A stretch of 63,248 bases of DNA, filler included, from Basidiobolus ranarum (lineage: Eukaryota): the NCBI GenBank assembly GCA_040143965.1. It is 32 parts of 32 records of this genome, joined end to end, with 100 filler letters (N's around TTAATTAATTAA, not from the genome) between each part and the next. Parts side by side here need not be neighbours in the genome. Positions count along the whole stretch, not along the records: positions 51,512 to 53,385 come from JASJQH010011050.1; positions 53,486 to 55,359 come from JASJQH010011051.1; positions 55,460 to 57,332 come from JASJQH010011052.1; positions 57,433 to 59,304 come from JASJQH010011053.1; positions 59,405 to 61,276 come from JASJQH010011054.1; positions 61,377 to 63,248 come from JASJQH010011055.1; 26 more parts are not named here. The stretch is one strand, 5' to 3'. This document shows positions 52,123 to 63,248 of this stretch, piece after piece. The position numbers and the translations under genes are program-made. How positions within the stretch are numbered: the first letter of the stretch is position 1; every line of letters starts with the position of its first letter. Under the pieces are notes generated by a model. That model did no database searches. It was given only the letters and a program-made list of their open reading frames with translations, and had not been told where the DNA came from.

Positions 52123-53278
52123 CTCTAAGAGAAATTTGAGGATTTTAATTCTACAAAAACAGTCACAATTTTAATCAATTTGGGATTGACCACTTACTTA
52201 CCATCATAAAATTGTCAAGTTAGATTTGATTTTTATCTATTGTTTCCGTTTCTGGAGTGAAATTTCAAGATCTTGCAAACCAGTTGCACATGATTGGCTA
52301 CAATATCAGAGAACTATGGATCAATGCAAGAGCAAAAATTGTAAATTGATTTTTCACATTTACCACTTGAATGCAAATTTGTCACCTTTCAAATTCCTAC
52401 TTTCAGTGATATATTCTCCTGAATATTTTTATACAGTTCTTCATACCCAAGATTAAGCTCATATCCAACACAAGTTTGTAACAATATCTTCATCAAAGCC
52501 CACCATTGTATTAATAATGCTGAATCAACATTCTCCCAGCTATCTGGCATATACCCTATGATATTGTGCCAATGTGTATTGAGTTCTTCCCAGATATCTG
52601 CATGTTCAACACCAACTGAATGTTTAATTGAATGCTCTTCTTAGGAAGCTACTTTCTGCATACTTGCACTGCATTTTTCTCTTCATACTTTTGATACTAC
52701 TCCTCAAGCACTTTTACTATGTTCATACATCCTTGTAGTGTGACAATACTGAAGGTACTTTGCAGTATTTGTGTGGCTTTTTACTTGCCTTTAACTTTGG
52801 GGCTAATTTGAACACTTTGAAAAGTAGCAGTTGAGGTTGGAATGACAAGAGTTTTATTTGTGGGTGATTTGGCTTGTTGAGAGATGCCAGGTGTGGGATA
52901 AACATCCAAATTTAGCGCTTGTCCTATTGTTGTACCTGGTTCCATGGTTAAACTAAGCTTTTTTGCCAGCATGTTAAACTCTGGGATGCAGCTCTGTGTA
53001 ATACTGTGAAGAATTGCGTAATTGGGACAATAAGGCCTAAACTCACTGGCCCCTTTGCTCTTCCATTGGGTTTACTAACTTCCTGCTCCTTGAATACAAC
53101 TTTAGGTGCTTTTCTTTCTTTTCCAAGTCAATAATTGCATACATTTTTGAGATGTTTCATCAATAGGCCTATACTGGCCCAATTGCTATTTGCTTGCAAA
53201 TACCTGGGATAAGCAATATGTAATTAGTCAAGAAATGATCATCTATTTGCATTGACTCTGGATGGTTTCTTGCTAAAC
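52123..53278 (+). mobile_element. CMC left end, ORF2 arm and deletion junction to the first transposase Asp motif
   Basis: Starts CTCTAAGAGAAATTTGAGG; ends DHLFALTLDGF. Confidence 0.83.
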
Positions 53279-53385
53279 TGTTGGATAATTAATCTTTATT
53301 CAACATCATAGTTAACTTTAGTTATGATACATATATCAGAAACAGAAAGCAACGTATCTATAGCCCCTATATTCTAAATAGGAAT
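53279..53385 (+). repeat. Copia LTR family D, 5' part
   Basis: Matches 18403 onward; identical by eye to 59195..59301. Confidence 0.88.
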
Positions 53386-53485
53386 NNNNNNNNNNNNNNN
53401 NNNNNNNNNNNNNNNNNNNNNNNNNNNNNTTAATTAATTAANNNNNNNNNNNNNNNNNNNNNNNNNNNNNNNNNNNNNNNNNNNN

Positions 53486-55359
53486 CTCTATGTACAGATA
53501 TATTGCACCCTTTTCTGAATTGAAACTGTTGATTGCATGCTCTGATTTGAGACATCCATTATACTCTGTCAAATGGTCAGATGTTTCACTTACATGATGT
53601 TTCTGATTTCCACTTGGTGTGCTTTCTGAGACCTGATTGCCTGAATTTTGTGATTGATTGCATACTTCCAATAATTGATTGAATCCAATATCAGCCAAAT
53701 TGAGAGTAGGATATTTCTTAGATATGTGATTGGTCATAAAATTATTGCCTTGTTTCTGAGCCCAATTTACTGATTCCTGATTGGCTGGAAAAAGATCCTT
53801 TTTCGGATTACCATATTTTTCATTGGCAGAGATAATATGCTGATTTTCAGAAGCTGATTCCAAATTATCAGTATCCTCAGAGTAATTATCAGGTTTTCTG
53901 GTATTAAATGATGCATTTCCAATGCTGCCTAATGTTTCACTGCTTGTATAGCTGCTTGATTCCAGAATATCATATAATAGTTTGTTCTCCTTGGTTTCAG
54001 TACTTGTAGTGAAGTTTGAGATAGGATTGTTGCTTGTTGATTTTCTGCTAGGAATATTCACCACAGGCATTGGTAATGCTTTGAGCTTTGTCATATATTC
54101 ATTGGTAGCTGATGATTTAGACCTTGTCCCAGATGTGATATTTTCTAAATTTGGATAATGTTGATAGATAGTTTCAGATTCCAAATTTGGCCTAATTCCA
54201 GTATCTATTTCCAATGTATCATTTTCCAAGTTGGTTTCAGTACTCGTTAGCTCAGGATTGGTTTCAGAACTCGTTAACTCAGAATTTGAGTTATTGAGAA
54301 ATTGATTTTCAGCCAAAATCAAATTCCCTTGATTAGAAGATTTGAGATTTTCTTCAATGAATATAGTATCTCTGGAGTTGATGATTTGATTTGTGCCAGC
54401 AATTAGGAGACGATAGCCTTTGTTCTGATATCCTAATAGGATACATTTAATTGCCTTTTTGTCCAATTTCCTATGCTGAGGTTTAGGAATATGAGCATAT
54501 ACTATTGATCCAAAAATTCTGAGGTGATTCAGATTAGGCTTGTTTCCAGTCCAGATTTCAATAGGAGTTTTAGAGTCATGGTTGCTATGTGTTGGACTTC
54601 TATTTTGGAGATATGTAGCTATCAAAATTGCTTCACCCAATAGGTCTTAGGCGGATCTGAATCAACCAGCACTGTACGTGCTTTCACTACTAAATTCCTA
54701 TTCATCCTTTCTGCAATTCCATTTTGTTCTGCATCATATGGAATAGTAAATTGCTGCCAAATTCCCTTTTCTTGACAAAAGCTAGTCATGGCTTCATTGC
54801 TATATTCTGTTCCATTATCACTGCATAGGTATTTGATTTTTCTTCATGTTATGGTTGTGACTATTGCCTCATATATCTTGAAATATTAAAATACTTCTCC
54901 TTTGCTTGACAGAAGATATGAAACTGTGAAGTGAGATTTATCATCAATAAAGATGAGTAAATATTGTTGCTTACTTGGTGTCAGAGTTTGCATTGGGTCA
55001 CATAAGTGTGGATGAATAAGATTCAATAAATCTTTGGCTTTGCTAGCTCCTTCTGTTGAACATGGTTTTCTGGTAATTTTCCCTTGAACACTGCTTTCAC
55101 ATTTAGTAATATCTGAGGGCTTAAGATCTATTCTAGTACATATGCTATTTTTATATAATAGTTTCACACTATTATAGTTTAGATGACCCAAGTGCTAATG
55201 CCAAGTCATCAAGTTTGTGGAAGTAAATGTTGCAAAGTTAGAAACAGGCTCAGTTATTGGTGCAATATCCAGGTGATATAAATTCCCAATTCATGTTTCA
55301 GTTGCTACTATCAAGTCCTTTGATTTGTATACGGTTGCTTTTCCTTGGCTGAATTTGAC
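53486..55359 (-). pseudogene. Copia integrase and long integrase-RT spacer
   Basis: LGHLN..CESSVQGK, LIFIDD, DNGTEY, EQNGIAERMN, YLQNRSPT, HLRIFGS, KCILLGY; stops in the integrase core. Confidence 0.92.
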
Positions 55360-55459
55360 NNNNNNNNNNNNNNNNNNNNNNNNNNNNNNNNNNNNNNNNN
55401 NNNTTAATTAATTAANNNNNNNNNNNNNNNNNNNNNNNNNNNNNNNNNNNNNNNNNNNN

Positions 55460-55896
55460 GCTGGGGCTCCAGAAGCTAGCTGGAAGTATGTTGATTCAGC
55501 AACATTAATACAATAGTGGGCTTTGATGGAGATTTTGATATAAACTTGTGTTGGGTATGAGCTAAACCTTGCGTATGAAGAACTCTATAAAAATATTCAG
55601 GAGAATATATCAAAGAGACTAGGGATTTCAAAGGTGACAAATTAGCATTCAAGTGGTAATTGTGTATAATTTGAGCTAAGTTTTTTGCACATGTGTTGAT
55701 CCAGAGTTCTCTGAGATTGTAGCCAAGCATGTGCAATTATTTTGCAAGATCTTGAAATTTCACTCCTGAAACTGAAAAAATTGATTAAAATCAAAGGTAA
55801 CTTGACAATTTTTTGATGGTAAGTAAATGGACAATCTGAAATGGTTAAAATTGTGACGGTTTTCCTACAATAACAATCCTCAAATTTCTGTTAGGG
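55460..55896 (-). mobile_element. CMC left end with ORF2 C-terminus, nested in a transposase gene
   Basis: Ends TTTCTGTTAGGG; plus frame reads WKYVDSATLIQ*WALMEILI*TCVGYELNLAYEELYKNIQENISKRLGISKVTN*. Confidence 0.86.
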
Positions 55897-56807
55897 ATGG
55901 TTAATAACAATTTTGATGTTAGACTGGCTATTTGGTGAAGTGATATTAGTGAGCTTGTTAAAATATGACTGGGCTCTTGACAGTAAAATCATGGCGTTTA
56001 ATGTTGTATTTGGATAGTAGTAATGCATATGCATGATTGAGTAAACTTCATAGATTTTACAAAACCTACAGCAAGTTAGTGCATTGTTGCCACATAAACC
56101 TCCAAGTCTACTGATGGTAGGAGTGCCATCAATACATACAATGATATTTGCTTTAATAAAATATTCACCCATCCAAACCCCATTAAATAACCATTCTATT
56201 TCCACAATCAAAGGTTCCAAGAAACTATCTACAAGCACTGGTGATTTAGATCCAGATATCATTGATTATATTAATATGTTATGACTCTTATGCCATTCAG
56301 ATGGAGGAAGATTTAAGTTCATTAAAATGTTTGGCCAGCAAGCCTTTCCAATGGTATATTTGTTAGGTGAGAAGCCATCCAGAGCCAATGCAAATGCATG
56401 ATCATACATGTTCTCAGAGAAACCTTGACTTTTCAGATTCTGGTAGTGCTATCCATTAAGTATATTGGTGAAACATCAGCTTTAAGGTGGGTATGTTGGT
56501 ATTGGATCAATGATCTATATGGGGGTGATTTCATCAAAACTTTAACATGTGGAATCAATGGTATATTAGCCAAATATGTACAATATTTACCTGATTCAGT
56601 GATTGCCAATTGTGTGCAAGCAGTACATGGCTTCAAGTTTTACAGATCACTGGTGAAAGTCAAACAACCATTTGGACATGAAGATAGTTTATTTACTTAA
56701 GGATTATAAGTCATAAAATTGACAAGTGTTTTCCACTTGTACCAGGTCTGTGGCAAGCAACAGTTGCCAATCAACTATGGTAAAAGTGTAAGAAAACCAA
56801 TAAATAA
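55897..56807 (-). pseudogene. CMC/CACTA transposase catalytic region (Transposase_21/Tnp2-like)
   Basis: FALALDGFSP, CWPNILMNLNLPPSE, ISGSKSPVLVDSFLEPLIVEIEWLFNGV, CIDGTP, CCRFC. Confidence 0.88.
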
Positions 56808-57332
56808 CCCTACAAAAATAAAATCAATTTGATCTGGAGTGGATCCACCCTCCAAAAGAGCAAAACCATCAGAGAACCGTCACAATATTGGTGGCTTGCA
56901 TTCTGCCAGGGATTTTGATGGTGTGACAATGGTCTCATGACAGTATTGCCACAGTATGAATACAAGTTAAAATATTGATCCTCAAATTTGGCATGCATTA
57001 TTCAATATCCGGCAATTTTTGCAAAATACAGTTTTTAAATGGCAAATTATTGGGTTTACTGCTGTAGGTTTTTCAATTAATATGCATGCCTTTATTTAGA
57101 TATTTTAGGCTTTTTATTCCAGCCATAATGAGAATCAAAAAATACAAGAATCTTGTTGTGTTTAGTCTCTACATATGCACAAAGTTGACTGATTAGACAC
57201 AACTCAACAACATGAAGATGCTTTACCAGCAAACTAATGGTGGAAAAATTGCTAAACATCTGAAATTTTGAATAGCACTGACACTTGGCAAATAGCTGAC
57301 TCTTATTACCATTCACAATGAGAATAAGCTCT
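56808..57332 (-). mobile_element. CMC right end nested in a transposase gene
   Basis: Starts CCCTACAAAAAT; ORF 57092..57316 is part of the last exon. Confidence 0.86.
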
Positions 57333-57432
57333 NNNNNNNNNNNNNNNNNNNNNNNNNNNNNNNNNNNNNNNNNNNNTTAATTAATTAANNNNNNNNNNNN
57401 NNNNNNNNNNNNNNNNNNNNNNNNNNNNNNNN

Positions 57433-57540
57433 GACCATAAAGATCTTACGGTTGCCCATGAATCTAATATGATTTTTGCTGGGTATATCGCCTTCCTGGA
57501 CCCGCCTAAGCAGAGTACTACCCAAGCTATACGTGAACTT
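57433..57540 (+). CDS. P-type ATPase fragment, most like Mg2+ transporters (MgtA/MgtB, P3B)
   Basis: DLTVAHESNMIFAGYIAFLDPPKQSTTQAIREL; 36 codons only; fused to transposase interior. Confidence 0.7.
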
Positions 57541-57542
57541 CG

Positions 57543-58399
57543 TTAGGCACTATGCACTTACTATTCAACAATATTCCAATACTACTTATGCAGCTACATA
57601 GTGGAAAATTCAATATGAATGAGCCATTCAAGATAAGATCAAGGTTTGAATCAATTGGGAAAATGCTTGAAAACATCAAGATGTCATCATATTTTACCAG
57701 GACTCCCATCAATATCCACTCATCTAGGTGTTTATTCTTATGCAATGCCTGGAAGTATTGGATTTATATATTTTCAAGTTGAATCTTGAAATGATTTCAG
57801 CCTGATAACTATTGGCAACATTGGGAGTTGTTTGTGGATATTGTTAATATATTCTTATGGCATCAACTCACATTGGCAGATCTCTGGCAGCTACAGCAAC
57901 TATGCAAAGATTTTGTAATTGGATATGAATAACTTTATTATAGGTTTAAAGAAGATAGACTGAATCTATGCTGGTATTCAATACATTCCCTGCTGCATCT
58001 TTCACAATTCTCAGAGTCTATAAGCCCTTGCTATACATTCTGGGAGTTCCTAATGAAGTGCACCTGTGGTGAAATGATGCTCCATATGAAATTGTCAGTA
58101 TTACCATATGCTAATCTGATTAACAATGTATCAGTAAAAACAGTGATGCATGTAATAAAAAGGGTTAAGAACACTCCAAAGTATATCAACCTTCCAACAA
58201 AGAGTGCTTTTCAATGTGCTCATGGGTTTTTGCATTGCTTGAGCATAACAAAATCTACAAACCAAAACCATGGACTTAGAGTAAGTATCTATATAATATG
58301 GACAAATTAGTTTGTGTGATAATCTGATGGTATTTCTAGGAAAGCTGCAAGACAGACTTCTTGGTAAGATAGATCAAGATACACAGTATTATTGATTTA
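57543..58399 (+). pseudogene. CMC transposase C-terminal half, intron 58281..58339
   Basis: TMHLLFNNIP, FTRTP, WEFLMKCTCG, LPYANLINN. Confidence 0.86.
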
Positions 58400-59194
58400 C
58401 CCTGACAAAAATAAAAATTGATTTGAATTGGATCAGATCCACCCTTCTGGATTGCAAAATTTTCAGAGAACCATCAAAATATTGGTGACTTGTATTCTGC
58501 CAGGGATTTTGATGGTAAGATGGTGGCTTCTTGATGGTATTTTGATTGTATTCATCCATAGTAAAACATTGGTCCTCATATTTGACATGCATTAATTAAT
58601 TTCTGACAATTTTTGCAAAAACTAATTTTCAAATGGCTAATTACTAGGTTTACTGCTATAGGAATTCAAATTGATATGCATGCCTTTATTTGGATATTTC
58701 AGGCTTTGTATTCCAGCCAAAATATGAATCAAAAAATACAAGAATCTTGTTGTGTTTAGTCTCTACATATCAACATACATGACTAATCAGATATAACTCA
58801 AAAACATCAATATGGTTTACCAGCAAACTAATGGTGGAAAAATTGCTAAATATCTGTAACTTTGAATAGCACTGACACTTGGCAAATAGGTGACTCTTGT
58901 TACCATTGACAATCAGAATAAGCACTTGGATTTTGGCATATTTCCATAAAGAATTCACCAAAATATCCCCAATTTGCAGTCAACAAATGTCCAGCCACAA
59001 GCAGATGTGTCATTGCTTGAATAGATTCCCCATGGCTAAAACAATAATATTGTGTATTATGATCTATCTCACCAGGAAGTCTGTCTTGTAGCTTTCCTAG
59101 AAATACCTTCAGATATCATACAATCAAATTAGTCCAAGTTATAGAGATACTTACTTGAAGTCCATGGATTGGGTTTTGTTGCTGTTATTGTGCC
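58400..59194 (-). mobile_element. CMC right end nested tail-to-tail in another copy
   Basis: Starts CCCTGACAAAAAT. Confidence 0.85.
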
Positions 59195-59304
59195 TGTTGG
59201 ATAATTAATCTTTATTCAACATCATAGTTAACTTTAGTTATGATACATATATCAGAAACAGAAAGCAACGTATCTATAGCCCCTATATTCTAAATAGGAA
59301 TATC
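59195..59304 (+). repeat. Copia LTR family D, 5' part, inserted in CMC transposase
   Basis: Starts TGTTGGATAATTAATC. Confidence 0.88.
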
Positions 59305-59844
59305 NNNNNNNNNNNNNNNNNNNNNNNNNNNNNNNNNNNNNNNNNNNNTTAATTAATTAANNNNNNNNNNNNNNNNNNNNNNNNNNNNNNNNNNNNNNNN
59401 NNNNGTTGCCACATTTGAGTATATCGTGACTTACTCTCGTGAAGTACCTTTTAGTCGATGGAACACTTGTAAGAGTTATTGGGTTACTATAGATTGACTG
59501 GAAATGGCTCGAAAAGTATATCAGATTATCAAAGTAAGGTTTATTTACATGGCTTGAGTTACTTTTGAATGAAATAAATATTGTTGAGGTAGTTGTTAAG
59601 ATCGATGTTTTTTGTTAATGCTAGACCAGTTTGTGAAATTCAATTTCATAAACCTTGAATGTTGGGTAGTGGTAGTAGGAACTTCCAGTGAATTATTGGG
59701 TAAGAAGTAGAAGGTCATTTAGCATTGATTCAAGAAGATGAAGCAAGTATATAAAGAAACACGCCTAATAAGTAGAAACCAAAATTTGAATATGTTACAT
59801 GAGGTTTCAAAGATTATATTTACAAGCCACGGGATTGTGACTAA

Positions 59845-60890
59845 CTATTGGCTGAACCCAAGAGGATAGCTATGCAAGCTGTCGTAGCAAGGTGGTGCTT
59901 CCAAAGATTGTTCATAGCAAGGCAGGGAATTTGCGACCTCAAGGATCTGGGAATCCACAAACTGCAGAGATGTGCGAATAATAATACGCTTCCTGATATT
60001 CTCGGGTTGGGCCAGAGTGATGGTGATGGTGAGCTCATGTTGAACAGAAACGTAGTGATTTTGGCGGTCTGACTGAATTTTTTCGGACTTCTTATTTGCT
60101 GATAGAATCATGGGCTGAATCCACATTCCACCGTATGGTTTACTATCCCAGTTGTTACATGTTTCCCTGATCTTGGTCGTCTTACATTTGACTTTACCAT
60201 CTTGGGTAGGGCACTTGGTTACTTCGTGTAGGGTAGCTTGCACTCTACTAACTTTTGAGTTTTGCTTCAAGGATTTGATACCAACCTTGATGGGGATATC
60301 AGCATTCGGGCTATAAGTCGTGGACGAGGCGAAAATGCAAAACATCAGCTCCGATTCGAGTTCACCGAATCTGACAAGAGCACGAGGTTCTTGAACTTCT
60401 GAAATAGGCATCGATAAACGTTGAACGTTCACCGTCTTCTTGTCTTTGAGATTCTTGGTAAATCCACTGCGCTTTGCAGTTGTAGTAGCCGTATATGTGA
60501 TATGGGATAGTGGCGAATGTATCGATTCCGGAAGATCTCCTGGCAGAAGGATTTCGAAATTGTAATTGTACTGTCCAGGCAGAAAATCTTTGGCATCCTC
60601 AACTGCGCGTAAAAACTCGAATTGTTTTTGGAAAAACGCATCATTATCCTGCTTGGAATCTGAGAGATCATTAGTACATCATTCCGAGCATTAACTTGGC
60701 TGAAGAAACACTTACTTAAGATTGTGGCTACTCCTTGGAATGTAAGTACGATGGAGGATATCTTGGTGCGACTGCGAATATCAAGTGTTACTGAACCTCT
60801 TAGAAGCTGGCCAGAGGCTGATTCGCTGGTACCATACAGTACGATGTTCTCACTTTGAAGTTGAAGGCTGATAGAGTTATTGGACCACAT
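59845..60890 (-). CDS. Alpha-arrestin (ART family), complete, 329 aa; intron 60660..60715
   Basis: Splicing GTAAGT..TACTAAT..CAG joins the two ORFs: LLRGSVTL, PGQYNYNFEILLPGDLPES, VSVQHELTITI, C-terminal LPCY and PPCY motifs. Confidence 0.92.
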
Positions 60891-61376
60891 ATGTAGGAAA
60901 TGCTGAATGTAAAATCGGAATAATTGATGATTCCAAGGGCCAGAGTGCAGTATTTTATATCATCCAAAATCTCATAAAACTTTATATGGATTTTGTCAAG
61001 AGAATGGTCTCAATTAATGCGAAGACGACCTACTTGGTAGTTTCAATTTGGATCACAAAGTCAGAAAACCTGATGGAGTATTGAAACTGGATCTAATATG
61101 TTGACTTGCTACAATAACCAGGCCTCCCCAACTTCTATGTTTTAGATTATGAATAGGGCATTGCTTGATTCAGGCTTTGGGAGGCAGACCAGACAAGCTC
61201 GGTATTACTAGAGTATTAGAGTCGCTACCAAATTGGGCTCTAGCTAAATCATTCTTAGAACGTAACAAATTGAATCNNNNNNNNNNNNNNNNNNNNNNNN
61301 NNNNNNNNNNNNNNNNNNNNTTAATTAATTAANNNNNNNNNNNNNNNNNNNNNNNNNNNNNNNNNNNNNNNNNNNN

Positions 61377-61692
61377 TCTCGTTGTCTTATTCTTATCCTA
61401 TGGTCTCTGTGATGCCGTTTTGCAAACATATGCCTACTGGTTGATGGGTGCCCTATCCAACGACTCGCATGTTCTTGCCCGTTATGCTGGATTCTACAAG
61501 GGAGTTCAATCAGCTGGTGCAGCCATTGCCTGGGATATTGATGCCAAGCGTAATCCATTGATGACTCAATTCATTGTTAACTGGGTGTTGTTGACTGCTT
61601 CTCTTCCTTTCTCTTTCATTGTTGCTAGAGGTATTAAGGATACTTCTGAAGTTGAACACGAGAAGGGTGTTGTCGAACAAGACAAAGCTTAA
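61377..61692 (+). CDS. UNC-93-like MFS transporter, C-terminus
   Basis: YGLCDAVLQTYAYWLMGALSND..LARYAGFYKGVQSAGAAIAW. Confidence 0.88.
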
Positions 61693-63166
61693 TAGCTAAT
61701 TCAATATGTGATGAATTACTAACGAGCAGAGCTCTTCAACTTAATTGTCGCTTGATTCTAAATGTATCTTAAACATTAATGGATTTACTTATTATCTGTA
61801 ATGCATAATATCTTAAGTCGTAATAAATTACTGCAATTTTTCTACTAAAACATTGTTATTGACAGTTAGTTTATTGACGAAGTTGCACCATAGGCTCGAA
61901 ATATCTTACCAATAGACCTTATTGTTTCGTAAGTGGCAGATCGTATTGATCTATTCAAATCAGTATCCAGGGCCAGCTAGTTATCATGTTTTATTATTTT
62001 GAGATGGTTTTTCTTCTACCGTACTCAAATTTCATTGGTCAAGATCGATAACTAACGCTAGATTGCTGGAAGCCAGGATTTTTGTAGTAAACAAAGTAGT
62101 CGAATTCGATAATGTTGATTACAATTTCTGGACTTTTCACAAACAAGTACGCGCCGGCGGCAATCCAGTTGGTCACATCTGACAACCGGTTTACTTGTTT
62201 GATATGACTCTACTCTTGGACAACATATATGGCTTAACTGGAATCTCAATACCATCACCTGGAGTAATCGCCATGATCACCCCCACTATCTTGTGCCTTT
62301 TCGAAACCAAATGTCTACCAGCTAACCGAGGCTTTCTCCAAGGACTGATTTATCACTTCTCGTAGCGTAGCTTACCACCATTGAATCCAGTTGACGGCCA
62401 GAGTCATCACTCTGGGTTAGATATACTTTATACATGGAGTAAGAAATCATGTCGATTGTATTCTTGGAACTGTATTAAGTTTTGCAGTACTCTATTCATA
62501 TACCCAACCAATGGCAGTGATTAGAGTTTGGTATCACAAGTTCACACAGAATACAAGTTGATAGATACTTATCGGATTGGGAAACTCAGCCGTGACAACG
62601 ATATTCCCCACATTGCAAACTGGTTGTCACAGTCTTTGATTTAATTTCAAAAATCATCAAATATATGACATGACTGTTTCTCCAACATGTTTGTGTTTGG
62701 ATACCTTACACCAGTTTATAACAAGATAGTTAACAAATTCATAAAGTAATGTGCGCTTGTAATGTGTCTACTTCCAAGGTGATAAGGAAAACCAGTTGCG
62801 AATAGGGATTTCTCAGCATTCACCTATTGTCATCATCTGCTCAGATATACACAGTGAATATCATTAAAATTTGTACACAATACTAGGCAACATACTTATA
62901 TTACAACGTACATATCGTCGCCGATACTTGTGATTTGGTAATACAAATAGTAATAAGATCCATCTTCATTCCACAAACTAACACTTGATACTGTCAATTA
63001 ATACATAATAGGAGCAGCTTGAGCAGAAAAGAAGTAGCCATCGATTTACCTATCTAACATTACCATTATAAATACCTCCCACAACCCCTAACTAAAGAGA
63101 TAAAGCATTCGCCAAATAACAATCTTGAGTTGACTTTCTTCTATTACATCAGGCTTTATTACTATA

Positions 63167-63230
63167 ATGCGGTTTAACTCCCCAATGGTCCAGGTTGTCC
63201 TGGTGGGCCTCGCTTGTTTCTGCTGCCCAG
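63167..63230 (+). CDS. Probable first exon of a secreted protein
   Basis: MRFNSPMVQVVLVGLACFCCP then GTATGT donor; TATAAA about 100 bp upstream. Confidence 0.5.
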
Positions 63231-63248
63231 GTATGTACAACGTTATTA

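Overview
This is not one locus. It is 32 unrelated assembly contigs, 1,889 down to 1,872 bp and sorted by length, joined by an artificial 100-bp spacer (N44-TTAATTAATTAA-N44), so nothing can be inferred across a spacer. The source is an AT-rich fungal genome; an early-diverging lineage is my inference, not a test result. About two thirds of the contigs are nested, decayed transposon DNA: Ty1/Copia elements with at least three LTR families (two with a half-tRNA primer site), Ty3/Gypsy pieces, and an abundant CMC/CACTA-type DNA transposon with CCCTAACA(G/A)AAAT ends. That transposon can be largely reassembled from fragments: an intron-containing transposase, a divergent second ORF and ACCGTCA subterminal repeats. 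The other contigs carry host genes: Prm10/ThrE-like, Pan1-like, PMA1, a complete alpha-arrestin, an UNC-93-like MFS, an ABCB C-terminus, a ToxA-like methyltransferase, a CBM18 protein, two secreted-protein starts and an MgtA-like P-type ATPase fragment. Transposon DNA is visibly CpG-depleted and genes are not. I found no rRNA, tRNA or CRISPR. LTR family letters are my own labels, and degenerate boundaries are approximate.
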